Shown here: positions 50,081 through 59,137 of the stretch, piece by piece | Layout of the letters: every line of letters begins with the position of its first letter | Position numbering within the stretch: the stretch's first letter is position 1 | IMG/VR virus record: IMGVR_UViG_2881214049_000001 | Reading direction: 5' to 3' (one strand) | Source of the DNA: a virus | DNA length: 64,000 bases | Program-made: the position numbers and the translations under genes | Notes under the pieces: model-generated | Database searches by the model: none | What the model saw: the letters and a program-made list of their open reading frames with translations, nothing else | What the model was told of the DNA's origin: nothing

Positions 50081-50587
50081 ATGACTAATAAAGACAATAC
50101 AACTGCCGTTGAGCAGTCATTCGAACTACAAAAAATTTACCATAAAAAATCAACTTTCGATGCACCCAATGCACCGGCTGTATTTTTAGATGAGTGGAAA
50201 CCCTCTATTAGCGTTGATTTAAATACTGAAGCAAATAGGATAAGCGATACCACTTATGAGGTTGTACTCACTGTGAAGTGCAAAGCTAAAGCCACGAATA
50301 GTGATACACAATTATTTAATACCACTGTAGAGCAGGCAGGGATCTTTGAAATTGAGGGCTATGAGGAAACAGAGATCATGGCATTAGTAGGGTCATACTG
50401 CCCAGCTCAGCTCTATCCGTTTGCACGAAATCACATTTCCTCTCAAGTGTTACATGGTGGCTTTCCCCAGCTACTTCTGGCGCCTGTCGACTTTGATGCA
50501 CTACTTGATGATGCAATAAAAAGCGCAGATCAAGAGAGTCAAGGGAGTGAAACAAACGACACTGACGATGAGGTCGAGGTCATCTAG
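50081..50587 (+). CDS. secB: SecB-family chaperone
   Basis: FELQKIY..., FDAPNAPAVF..EWKP, YEVVL, EQAGIFEI, YCPAQLYPFAR, GGFPQLLLAPVDFDAL align end to end with E. coli SecB. Confidence 0.93.
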   Translation: MTNKDNTTAVEQSFELQKIYHKKSTFDAPNAPAVFLDEWKPSISVDLNTEANRISDTTYEVVLTVKCKAKATNSDTQLFNTTVEQAGIFEIEGYEETEIMALVGSYCPAQLYPFARNHISSQVLHGGFPQLLLAPVDFDALLDDAIKSADQESQGSETNDTDDEVEVI

Positions 50588-50592
50588 CTAGT

Positions 50593-50618
50593 AAAAAGCC
50601 GACGCTCAGTCGGCTTTT
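50593..50618. terminator. Bidirectional terminator between secB and HU
   Basis: AAAAAGCCGAC-GCTCA-GTCGGCTTTT. Confidence 0.85.
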
Positions 50619-50742
50619 CTAATTCAAATTAGCTTAGTTAAGCTTTCTACTTTCAAGCGAGAAAACCTTGCCGATAACAGCGCCCTGCTACCGCCAAGAT
50701 AAATTCCGCCATATAGTCAGGCAAAAAGCCTGTCAACATAGA

Positions 50743-51030
50743 CTATTTTACATTCGGTAGAAGCTCTTTGAGTCGTTGACTCACTTTGAACTGTACAGTG
50801 TTGCACGCATCAATAGGAACAGGCTCTTTTGTTGAGGGGTTTCTCCCTAAACGCGCATTGCGTTGAACTACCTTTAGTGTTCCAAATCCTTGCACTCGCA
50901 CATCTTGCCCTGCTTGCAGAGCGTCACAAAACGCATCAATCACCGCATTCACACAACCACGAGCGTCCGTTTTACTAATTTTCATTGCGTCAGCCACATG
51001 ATCAGCCAACTCTGTCTTTGAAATTGCCAT
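50743..51030 (-). CDS. HU/IHF-family DNA-binding protein
   Basis: SKTELADHVA...VRVQGFGTL...RNARLGRNPSTKEPVPI...VQFK; ATG 51030. Confidence 0.92.
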   Translation of the reverse strand: MAISKTELADHVADAMKISKTDARGCVNAVIDAFCDALQAGQDVRVQGFGTLKVVQRNARLGRNPSTKEPVPIDACNTVQFKVSQRLKELLPNVK

Positions 51031-51280
51031 CTTAAATACCCCTAAATATCTACATGTCTCAGTTAACAACCAAATCATGAAGAGGTAGTAGATATTATAT
51101 TGTCACATTTGCATTATAATTTGATAGATATTGTACAATTTAATTCTATCGATTCGATAACAGATTAACGTCACTAAATTGGTAGAGGGCAGTTATATGA
51201 TTTTCTCTATTGTACCACGGTGCGCTTAAACACTCGCAGCGCAAAAACGAAAACCTACTTTATAACCGACTAAGTAACAT

Positions 51281-51610
51281 CTAGCTTTCTAAATTAGAAG
51301 TTCGACGTTGACGTCGCTGACTGCAAGCACTATCACAAGATGAAAAAGCGTGCTCTTCACCTACAAACTCTCTTGAAGCCAAGCAGTTAGCAACCGCACT
51401 GGGTAGTTCTTTGTTTGATATTAGCCCCAGAGCTCGGGCTTTTGCCATTTCAACTGCAATTACAATTTCTTCTGCGCTCATATCAGCATTATATAATCTC
51501 AACTGTCCTTGCTCATCATAACCAATGACAAGTCCTTTTATCAATGAAGCGGGATCTCCCTGCGCCAAGCTAGCGCATATTTTTTGGATCTGCGTATCCA
51601 TAAGTACCAT
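51281..51610 (-). CDS. Hypothetical protein
   Basis: 109-aa ORF (LVIGYDEQGQLRLYNADMSAEEIVIAVEMAK). Confidence 0.6.
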   Translation of the reverse strand: MVLMDTQIQKICASLAQGDPASLIKGLVIGYDEQGQLRLYNADMSAEEIVIAVEMAKARALGLISNKELPSAVANCLASREFVGEEHAFSSCDSACSQRRQRRTSNLES

Positions 51611-51655
51611 CCTAGATTCTAAATTTTTGAGCTATATGCCTGTAGTTATTTAAAT

Positions 51656-51687
51656 AAAAAGCCACTCCTTAAGCAGGAGTAGCTTTT
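51656..51687. terminator. Terminator-like hairpin
   Basis: AAAAAGCCACTCCT-TAAGC-AGGAGTAGCTTTT. Confidence 0.6.
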
Positions 51688-52271
51688 CGGTTGGGTCTAC
51701 TTAAAGCACTTATATCACCTTTAAAATATACGCTTTAAAATCATCATATTGCAGAGTCACATGCTGTAAGAGCATTTACTATTCTCTCTCACATTGCAAA
51801 TGTGCTATGTAACAATTAGCGTAAATCTTATGGTGTCTTTATATGTCTCATTTAATGTACATCGGAAACGAATATACTCCGCATGTTACAAGAAATCTAA
51901 TTAGTGTGCAGGAGTATCCAAGCTTTAATCCCCCTTGTCAATAATCAATTGTAACAAGAATAGAAACATTGCAACATAGTACAGGCACCTTAAAGCAACA
52001 AGCAAGTTGTACAATTATCAACCACCTACGATTAGTCAACTGAATTTATCAAAGAGTGATCTAATACAGTTGGCTGAAATACCACTTTTAATGACTAAAT
52101 GAACAACGGCGACAACACTGCTTATAATGAAAATTGTTGTACAACAAATTCTTTATTTTCAATACTTACGAACATATTCAGCATAATTTCATGTTGGGCA
52201 ATTGCTGCAACCAAGCAAACGAGAAAGCGCACCAAAACAGGACTTCGGAGGCCAAAATTTACTATTTTGAT

Positions 52272-52300
52272 TTGACAGTCAGCGTCGTAACGTATAGATT
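52272..52300 (+). promoter_or_regulatory. Sigma70-like promoter
   Basis: TTGACA-17 bp-TAGATT upstream of 52556. Confidence 0.45.
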
Positions 52301-52555
52301 TGTCTAGGATATAGCGTAATGGGTTGCATTGCAGTGATTTACATCGAATGCAAATGCAATAAATAGTGTATCAGGAAGACTCGCTAGTGAATTAGGTACA
52401 AATCACAGCTAGTTGCTAATTAAATGAGCATTGGTATTAATATTTTAGAGCTATATCAAAAAGTTATGATAAAACTTTTAAATTAAAGTTTAGTTTTTGT
52501 CAGTCTTAATCTTTCTAGGCTGTTATCAAATCGGGGCTAACAGTGAGGCTAATTT

Positions 52556-53107
52556 ATGAAATTTAAGAGAGTTGTGCACGAGAAAAGTAATATCGATGGC
52601 TCTTCGGCTAGCGCCAAAGCTATCGCCCAAGCTCCTACCATCAAACTTGCAAATGTAAGCGGAAATAATGCCAAGTTAAGACAGGCTAAAGTTGGCTCGG
52701 CTATTGACCAAGTTGGGGCTTTAACTGCTGCTCGTGACCTGTTAGACGCTCGCATTGAAGAGGCACAGTCTTCACTTATGGATTTACTCAAAACCTCTAC
52801 ACAGCCTTCCATTGAGGGTAAAAAGTTTGTCGCAAGCAAAACACCAGTCTCCTGTAAGCAATTACTTCCTAAAGCAAAAGTAATGACTTCAATGATAGCG
52901 CTGTTACAAAAAGCAAATGAACAAAACAAAAACGATGGCGGACTTTTTGAAATGATTTTAAGTCTAGATCCTGACATCATTAATGCACACTTTCTGCCAT
53001 TACTCGAAGCTATTTTTGAAAAATCGGCACTAACTGAAGAAGCTGAAAAGCTCTATTTTGTCTCTGAAAAGGATGAAGTCGTAATCAGTCTTCGTGAAGC
53101 TGTTTAA
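52556..53107 (+). CDS. Hypothetical protein
   Basis: 183-aa ORF, GAGG RBS. Confidence 0.7.
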   Translation: MKFKRVVHEKSNIDGSSASAKAIAQAPTIKLANVSGNNAKLRQAKVGSAIDQVGALTAARDLLDARIEEAQSSLMDLLKTSTQPSIEGKKFVASKTPVSCKQLLPKAKVMTSMIALLQKANEQNKNDGGLFEMILSLDPDIINAHFLPLLEAIFEKSALTEEAEKLYFVSEKDEVVISLREAV

Positions 53108-53678
53108 TGTAACCTTTTTTAAGGGCAAGAAACGATATCAACCTCTTGCCCACCTTCTTACTCTTCTCAAGTCACCAAAATCCAGTTCCCATATTGTACA
53201 ATATGCTTGTATTATTCATATACTAGATTGCTTATTAAAATATAGGTATATTCGCGAAGTGGTTTTATTTATTTAGTCTGAACTCGGGGTAACAAGTGGG
53301 TTACTCAACGAAAATACCTAAGCTCAATAGGCATAATATCACGCAAGCCATAAGTTATGTCTTAATACGAAGCAAATTTGTGCATCAATAGATAGCCTAA
53401 TGCAAACAAATTTAGCGCAGTAGTAAAGGGTAACCGCTGTGAGAAGACAACTTATTGAGCCTAGCTTAGGTTATCTAGCCAGATATAGTTTTGGCGATAA
53501 CACGGCTTGCGCGTCCTGCTCTCGCTAAGGCCTCTGCCTCCTGTAGGAAAGGTTAACTTATGCAGCAATAGCAGGTTCTTGGAAGTAACGCCTTCAGATT
53601 GGGCAAGTATTAAAAGATAATGAGTATTAAATTCAGCCACAAATATGCAAAAATTAATGACTGAATTGGAGGCTTGTA

Positions 53679-54002
53679 ATGAGTAACATACAATATGCAA
53701 CGAATGAAAATGTCCATACGCTAATCAATCAAGGTTACACATTGGTTGCCTACTATGCGCCTTGGTGTGGCCCTTGTAAACAGTTGGGACTCGCACTAGA
53801 GGCGCTGCCCGACACATTGACGCAACATCTTACTATTGTGAAAGTGAATATTGACGAATGTGGCGATGCGTTAAAGAATGCGAGCGTTGATGTGATACCA
53901 ACTCTGCACTTTATGCTCAATGGCAATGTTATCGAGAAAAACATTGGTGCAGTGATCAAACCAAAACTGATGCAGCGGATCGCAAAAGAGATCCATCGCT
54001 GA
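53679..54002 (+). CDS. Thioredoxin
   Basis: YAPWCGPCK active site; VKVNID; IPTL; GGAGG RBS. Confidence 0.92.
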   Translation: MSNIQYATNENVHTLINQGYTLVAYYAPWCGPCKQLGLALEALPDTLTQHLTIVKVNIDECGDALKNASVDVIPTLHFMLNGNVIEKNIGAVIKPKLMQRIAKEIHR

Positions 54003-54086
54003 GCAAGTCCAGTTGATGTGTCACTTTCAAACTGCATTATCTGTGCAGGCTTCTACGTTACTAACCGTAGCCTCCTTGCAAGCACA

Positions 54087-56933
54087 TTACTCTACGCCAT
54101 ATTGGCTTCGTATGATCTTTCTCGCCGAAGCCAGTGCGGTCTCTAACTTTTTATGACCCAAAATCCGTGTAACCTCAGATCGTCGCTCTACATCAATAAA
54201 ATCGTCTAAGCTTACAATTCCCGCTTTCACAAGCTTGCGGATATTCATCACCCCCACTTCCTCAACACAAAGCAGCTTCGCGGAATCAGCCGTTGTGCCA
54301 TATCTAAATCGGGTTTCTAACATATGCCAATATCCATCAGGACGCGAGATAGCACAGGCTTTAGCGATTTGTCTTAAGGCTTGAAAGACACGTGAAAGGT
54401 CATATTTAAAACTGTTTATCTTTTGGTATTGCACCGTTTTGCCACTGAGGTATGTCGCCATATCCGCTGGCAATGCCATTTCCGACGCAAATGGTACCAC
54501 CCGTTGCAAACGCTTCATATACTCATCGACTAGCTTCGCCTGACTACGTTGAATGTAGTCTGTGTTATAAGAAGGAGCCCCAGCGATAGCCCAGGCCAAC
54601 GCATCATCGTTATCCCAAATCTGAGCATGGTCTACAAATCGTAACGCCGTATGCCAATGAAAAACATCCTCTGGCTTGTAGTACCAACGCGATGAAACTT
54701 TGCCAATCTCAGTTATTTCGTACTGTTCGTCATGTCCTTTGAGCATCTGTGTACGCAGTAAATCTCCCAAGACGCTCTCAACCACTTTTTGCTCAACCAA
54801 GCCTTGCAGTTTCGCTAAAGAACGGTCAAACCAGTTAACCAAATCTAGTTGATTATGAATCGTACCCGCATCTACTTCAGCGAGAATATGAAAGCCGAGG
54901 GTAGCTTCATTGACCAGTTGACTATGGACAGGCTTAGCTTGCTGTATACGATGTTCCCAAACTTTTGGCTGCGCACAAATAAGATAACAGTGCCCATGAT
55001 AGCGTGCTAGATACTGGGGATCATTGTGTGCAATCCACGCCTTGGCTTCTTCGACGCTTTGAGCCAGGATAACCTTTTGGTGGTCTTTGACCTGTCGCAT
55101 GTTCACTTTACGCTTTCTTCTCTGAAGGCGCGCTTCATTGTTCACGGCTTTGATATCTTGTTGATTACCTGCGTGGCGGATATCTATTACCGACCCCGCA
55201 GTGGACATATCTAACTCAGCAACACTATCTAATATTCTTAACGACAATCTATCCAAACTAGACTGGGCGTAACTATTTCCATCAGGAGCAACAACAAAGT
55301 AATCTGCTGGAAGGCTGCGCCCTGCACGGCCAGCCATTTGTAAAATATCTTCTATTTCCACTGGAGACAAACCTCGAGTTGTGCCCACAATTACAACATT
55401 TTGTGCTGGCACATTACACCCCCATGCAAGGGTTGAGGTGGATACTAAAACTCGTAGTTTTCCGTGCGGATCTTTAAATTCTTTTTCAATTTGTTGTCTG
55501 ACATTTACTTTCAAATCGGCACTATGAAACTCAGCGTCAATACCCTGCGCCCTGACCTTTCTTAATAGCTCTGCGCCGGTTGCCTTATCATGGACAAAAA
55601 GAAGATATTTCTCATCTGACTTTTCGGCATCTGTCACTTTCTTGAGCGCTTCATTGATGCGACTGTCTCTACTTTGTTTGTAATTACCATTGTCTACATA
55701 GCGCGGAAAATGCCAAGTAAGGGGAGTTGGCCGCCAAGGAGAATTAATAATCTCACTTTGCAAACCATTTAATACACTTAGCCACTGTGCAAACTGCTCC
55801 ACATTGGGCATCGTAGCAGACATAAATAGAACTTTCGCTTGATTAAACTGAGTAAAACGCATCAAACCAGCTTCTACAGCATGGCCACGTTCCGTGCCAA
55901 TAATGTGAGACTCATCAACCACCAATAAGCCAACCCTGTCGATCCAAGCACTACGCTCACTGCCATACTTTCTAGTCCGAGAGTCCAGCATTTCAGAGGT
56001 GATACACAAGATATCCGCTTGATTTATTTCATCGTTTTTATCTGGTGATAAGGCGTAGTCTCCCGTCAATATCGCTATCTTGTATTGAGCACCGAATGTG
56101 TGTGACCAGTCATCGTATTTTTCTTGGGTTAATGAGCGAAGCGGAGACACATACACAACCACTTCTCCTTTGGCTAATGTATGCGCCATACATAACTCGG
56201 CACACACCGTTTTACCACTACTGGTTGCAGTGCCCAGTACCAAGTTCACGTTTTTCGTATGTATCTGATTTTTAAGCAGCGTCGATTGCACTCGGTTAAA
56301 GTGACTAAACGGGTAATTAAGTAAAGTAAATTCAGACGTTTTGATAAGGTCATGATCTTCAACGAGGGACAACCCTACCGTTGACTGCGACAACTCTTCG
56401 CCCGTAGTTAGACCCAATTTGCGCGTCATAGACGCACGAATTGCGCCTGCGGGATAACCTAAATCATCATTGCCATGAGACAATAAAAAGAGCTGCTGAT
56501 CAGCATTAAGGTGCTCTAGTGGATAAATTCTACCATTGGTTTTTGACTTCCCTGAACACACTGCATAATTACTACATAACTTCATGGCTCGACCCTGAGA
56601 AAACTGCACCATTTTGTGGGCGTAGCATTTTGGGCAATAGTCTAATTCGCCAATATCTTTGTCTTGCTCGTCTGCAGCACTATCTAGACAACGAACGGCA
56701 TGTTCAGAACGCCATGCAACCTGATACTCTCGATATGTGAGATTAGACACCGAGTCAAATATAACTAACTGAACCGCTTGCTCGACGAAATCAAAATGCG
56801 CATTAATACCTGTACATAACCAACGTTCACATCGGCCATCTACCGTTTTAATGACGACAAACCCGTCTGAATCTAATGCCAGTCCTACGTAACCCCAACG
56901 ATTTCGGGCCCAGTCAAGCATATCATTTAACAT
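54087..56933 (-). CDS. Ski2/Hel308-like SF2 (DExH) helicase with N-terminal zinc finger
   Basis: TSSGKT, YVSPLRSL, LVVDESH, MSAT, VSTSTLAWGCN, QMAGRAGR; CPKC...CSNYAVC; C-terminal HhH-like VEEVGVMNIRKL. Confidence 0.88.
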   Translation of the reverse strand: MLNDMLDWARNRWGYVGLALDSDGFVVIKTVDGRCERWLCTGINAHFDFVEQAVQLVIFDSVSNLTYREYQVAWRSEHAVRCLDSAADEQDKDIGELDYCPKCYAHKMVQFSQGRAMKLCSNYAVCSGKSKTNGRIYPLEHLNADQQLFLLSHGNDDLGYPAGAIRASMTRKLGLTTGEELSQSTVGLSLVEDHDLIKTSEFTLLNYPFSHFNRVQSTLLKNQIHTKNVNLVLGTATSSGKTVCAELCMAHTLAKGEVVVYVSPLRSLTQEKYDDWSHTFGAQYKIAILTGDYALSPDKNDEINQADILCITSEMLDSRTRKYGSERSAWIDRVGLLVVDESHIIGTERGHAVEAGLMRFTQFNQAKVLFMSATMPNVEQFAQWLSVLNGLQSEIINSPWRPTPLTWHFPRYVDNGNYKQSRDSRINEALKKVTDAEKSDEKYLLFVHDKATGAELLRKVRAQGIDAEFHSADLKVNVRQQIEKEFKDPHGKLRVLVSTSTLAWGCNVPAQNVVIVGTTRGLSPVEIEDILQMAGRAGRSLPADYFVVAPDGNSYAQSSLDRLSLRILDSVAELDMSTAGSVIDIRHAGNQQDIKAVNNEARLQRRKRKVNMRQVKDHQKVILAQSVEEAKAWIAHNDPQYLARYHGHCYLICAQPKVWEHRIQQAKPVHSQLVNEATLGFHILAEVDAGTIHNQLDLVNWFDRSLAKLQGLVEQKVVESVLGDLLRTQMLKGHDEQYEITEIGKVSSRWYYKPEDVFHWHTALRFVDHAQIWDNDDALAWAIAGAPSYNTDYIQRSQAKLVDEYMKRLQRVVPFASEMALPADMATYLSGKTVQYQKINSFKYDLSRVFQALRQIAKACAISRPDGYWHMLETRFRYGTTADSAKLLCVEEVGVMNIRKLVKAGIVSLDDFIDVERRSEVTRILGHKKLETALASARKIIRSQYGVE

Positions 56934-57057
56934 AGTACCTCAGATCACTTACTCATTATGCAATGAGAAATAACGCTCCCACAGTAATGGCTATCGCACC
57001 GTTAAAGGCTGGATTATGCAATAATCACCTGTATTTATAAGATATTTAGAAAGTCTA

Positions 57058-57432
57058 TTAAACTAAGTGGTTTTGGATCACGCTATCCGTATGTGCAATA
57101 AGCAAATGCTCGTTTTCTATAAAAACCATATAGTTAACTTCAGCTCCTGGTATAATTGATGCCAGCACATTCTCTAATATACCCTCAAACTTTTCAGTAG
57201 CAATGCCCTTGAATGTCGCCAATTTACTAAGCCTTTGTGCTAGAGAGTGTTGTTCAAGAAATGACGCTGCATCAAACAACCAGTTATCCTTGGAAAAGTA
57301 GCGAGCAGCTTTTGTTTCAACTTCCACAAACCTTGCTGTTTCTCCCCCATTTACAGGCAAAACGAGTACAGCCGACGTATTGGGCATAACGATATAATTT
57401 GCATTTTCTAAATTCATACTCGCTCCATTCAA
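57058..57432 (-). CDS. Hypothetical protein
   Basis: 124-aa ORF upstream of the helicase; GGAG RBS before MNLEN. Confidence 0.6.
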   Translation of the reverse strand: MNGASMNLENANYIVMPNTSAVLVLPVNGGETARFVEVETKAARYFSKDNWLFDAASFLEQHSLAQRLSKLATFKGIATEKFEGILENVLASIIPGAEVNYMVFIENEHLLIAHTDSVIQNHLV

Positions 57433-57700
57433 AAAGCCTGCCGCGCACCATTACACGAATTGTATAATCGTATGCTAAGCGTGTTAGAATGTCACGCATT
57501 AGGGAATACAAAGCTATCACATTGGCTGTTATTCAAACATTTTTGACAAAATATCATCACTTATCGATACCTCCTTTTTTAAAAGTTGCCTAAAATGACT
57601 TTTATTGTACAATGAACTGAAAGTTACTGTTGTGCAGTCATTTTGGCTTGCTTCAACCTTCACTTTAAAAAAACCATCATGCTTACATAAAGGTGACAAC

Positions 57701-58798
57701 ATGACGCAATCAGCAGCTGAGTTTAACGGGATATTAGCGATAGCTCACGACCTCTTACCCGCAATGCACAGCGGACTTTCACAACTTAAGCCCAACGATA
57801 CAGCCTTACTTGTTGCCGCTAAGCTTCATTATGCGTTTTGGTTTGCCACCTCAGAAGAGCAAATCATCGAGCTAACAAAACAAGCACAGGGGTCTGATAA
57901 AAAACGCAAAGACCTTGATAAACTCACAACTTGGGCAGAATCCGCCTCCAGCGTTTTCGATACCGAGGTGCAATGGGAAAAAATGCCCCGCCAATATCAC
58001 AAAAAGTTTGAGAAATTCCCAAGCAAAGCACAAGCGACAATTGACAACCCGCTGCCTTCATTGTCAGAGACATTGATTGCTCTAGATGATTTACCAATAC
58101 CGGAGCTATTAAAAACATTAGCGCAGCAGGCATCCCCCTTTCTAATGCCAGATACCGACGCTTTTCTTTCCTCTATGTTTGGCCAGCAAAGCCGCGAAAA
58201 ACCTATCGATATTGTTGACGAATCAATACCAACAGAAACCGATCCACTCAGTAACAACAGTGATCTAACACCCGATGCGATTTCGGATATTCAAAATGCC
58301 TACATAGTTAAAAGCTATGTTGACGTGCCAATGACAGATGCCGCCGAGCAACATGCGCTAATACAAACTACAGTGGAAGAAAAAACAGCGGTCAGCGAAG
58401 CGTCTAATGACACGGAGTTCACAGCGTACACACCTACCACAACTAAGAAAAAGATCCGTAAAATAGCACGCGCTGAAAAAGGTCACGGTGCAATGATCCG
58501 GATAGTACGCCATATGCTGGTTTTAAACGAGCAAGCATCAAAAGCTCAAATCATGGCTGTGTTAGATTTGCTGGGTATAAAATATGCGGCTTCAGCATTA
58601 CCAGCTAAAATATCAGATGCTCGTAAAATGCTCTTGTATATGGGTGATATGGGTCTTGTAGACGAGGAACTGGCAAATTCATATGACTCAATGGTTAAAA
58701 TATCTCAATACGATGAAAACCTCAGTATAGAAGATGCCAAGCGTATTGATGCACTATTAAGTGAATTGGAATTTAAACCCGTTAAGCGCAGAACTTAG
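57701..58798 (+). CDS. Hypothetical protein with acidic linker and possible C-terminal winged-HTH
   Basis: ATG 57701 with AAGGTG; C-terminal basic helical domain (KKKIRKIAR...AKISDARKML). Confidence 0.65.
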   Translation: MTQSAAEFNGILAIAHDLLPAMHSGLSQLKPNDTALLVAAKLHYAFWFATSEEQIIELTKQAQGSDKKRKDLDKLTTWAESASSVFDTEVQWEKMPRQYHKKFEKFPSKAQATIDNPLPSLSETLIALDDLPIPELLKTLAQQASPFLMPDTDAFLSSMFGQQSREKPIDIVDESIPTETDPLSNNSDLTPDAISDIQNAYIVKSYVDVPMTDAAEQHALIQTTVEEKTAVSEASNDTEFTAYTPTTTKKKIRKIARAEKGHGAMIRIVRHMLVLNEQASKAQIMAVLDLLGIKYAASALPAKISDARKMLLYMGDMGLVDEELANSYDSMVKISQYDENLSIEDAKRIDALLSELEFKPVKRRT

Positions 58799-59088
58799 AT
58801 TAAATTTATCATTAATATATACAGAGTAATTTTTACATATTTAGCAATAAAACCATTGATAATAAACATAAAATACTGTTAACATCAGGGTACAGACCAT
58901 GATGGTTTATCTAAAGTAATGCGGTTATTTTGGATAATAGGTATGTAGATTTTTTGCCGCAAATTGCATTATATTTGAGCAACCCGCCTTATCAACTATG
59001 TGCGGGTTTGTTTTTAGTTAGCGCCATTATTTTCTTATCTCATTCACCAACTTTTAAATTCGCTTAAATAAAGCAAATGCGTAAAAAC

Positions 59089-59115
59089 AAAAAAGGCCGC
59101 AACACATGCGACCTT
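59089..59115 (-). terminator. Terminator after the major capsid gene
   Basis: Minus strand AAGGTCGCA-TGTGT-TGCGGCCTTTTTT. Confidence 0.75.
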
Positions 59116-59137
59116 ATGAAGTATGTGTATCGCGAGC

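Noticed and set aside
49717-50587. Toxin-antitoxin-chaperone (TAC) operon
   Set aside because: Only one short upstream ORF, with no HigB/RelE or HTH antitoxin signature.
54087-57432. Hachiman (HamAB) defence system
   Set aside because: The helicase is Ski2-like, but the neighbouring gene is only 124 aa with no recognisable HamA nuclease features.
58799-59137. tRNA or rRNA genes in intergenic gaps
   Set aside because: Only simple hairpins seen; no cloverleaf or T-loop consensus recognised here or in other gaps.
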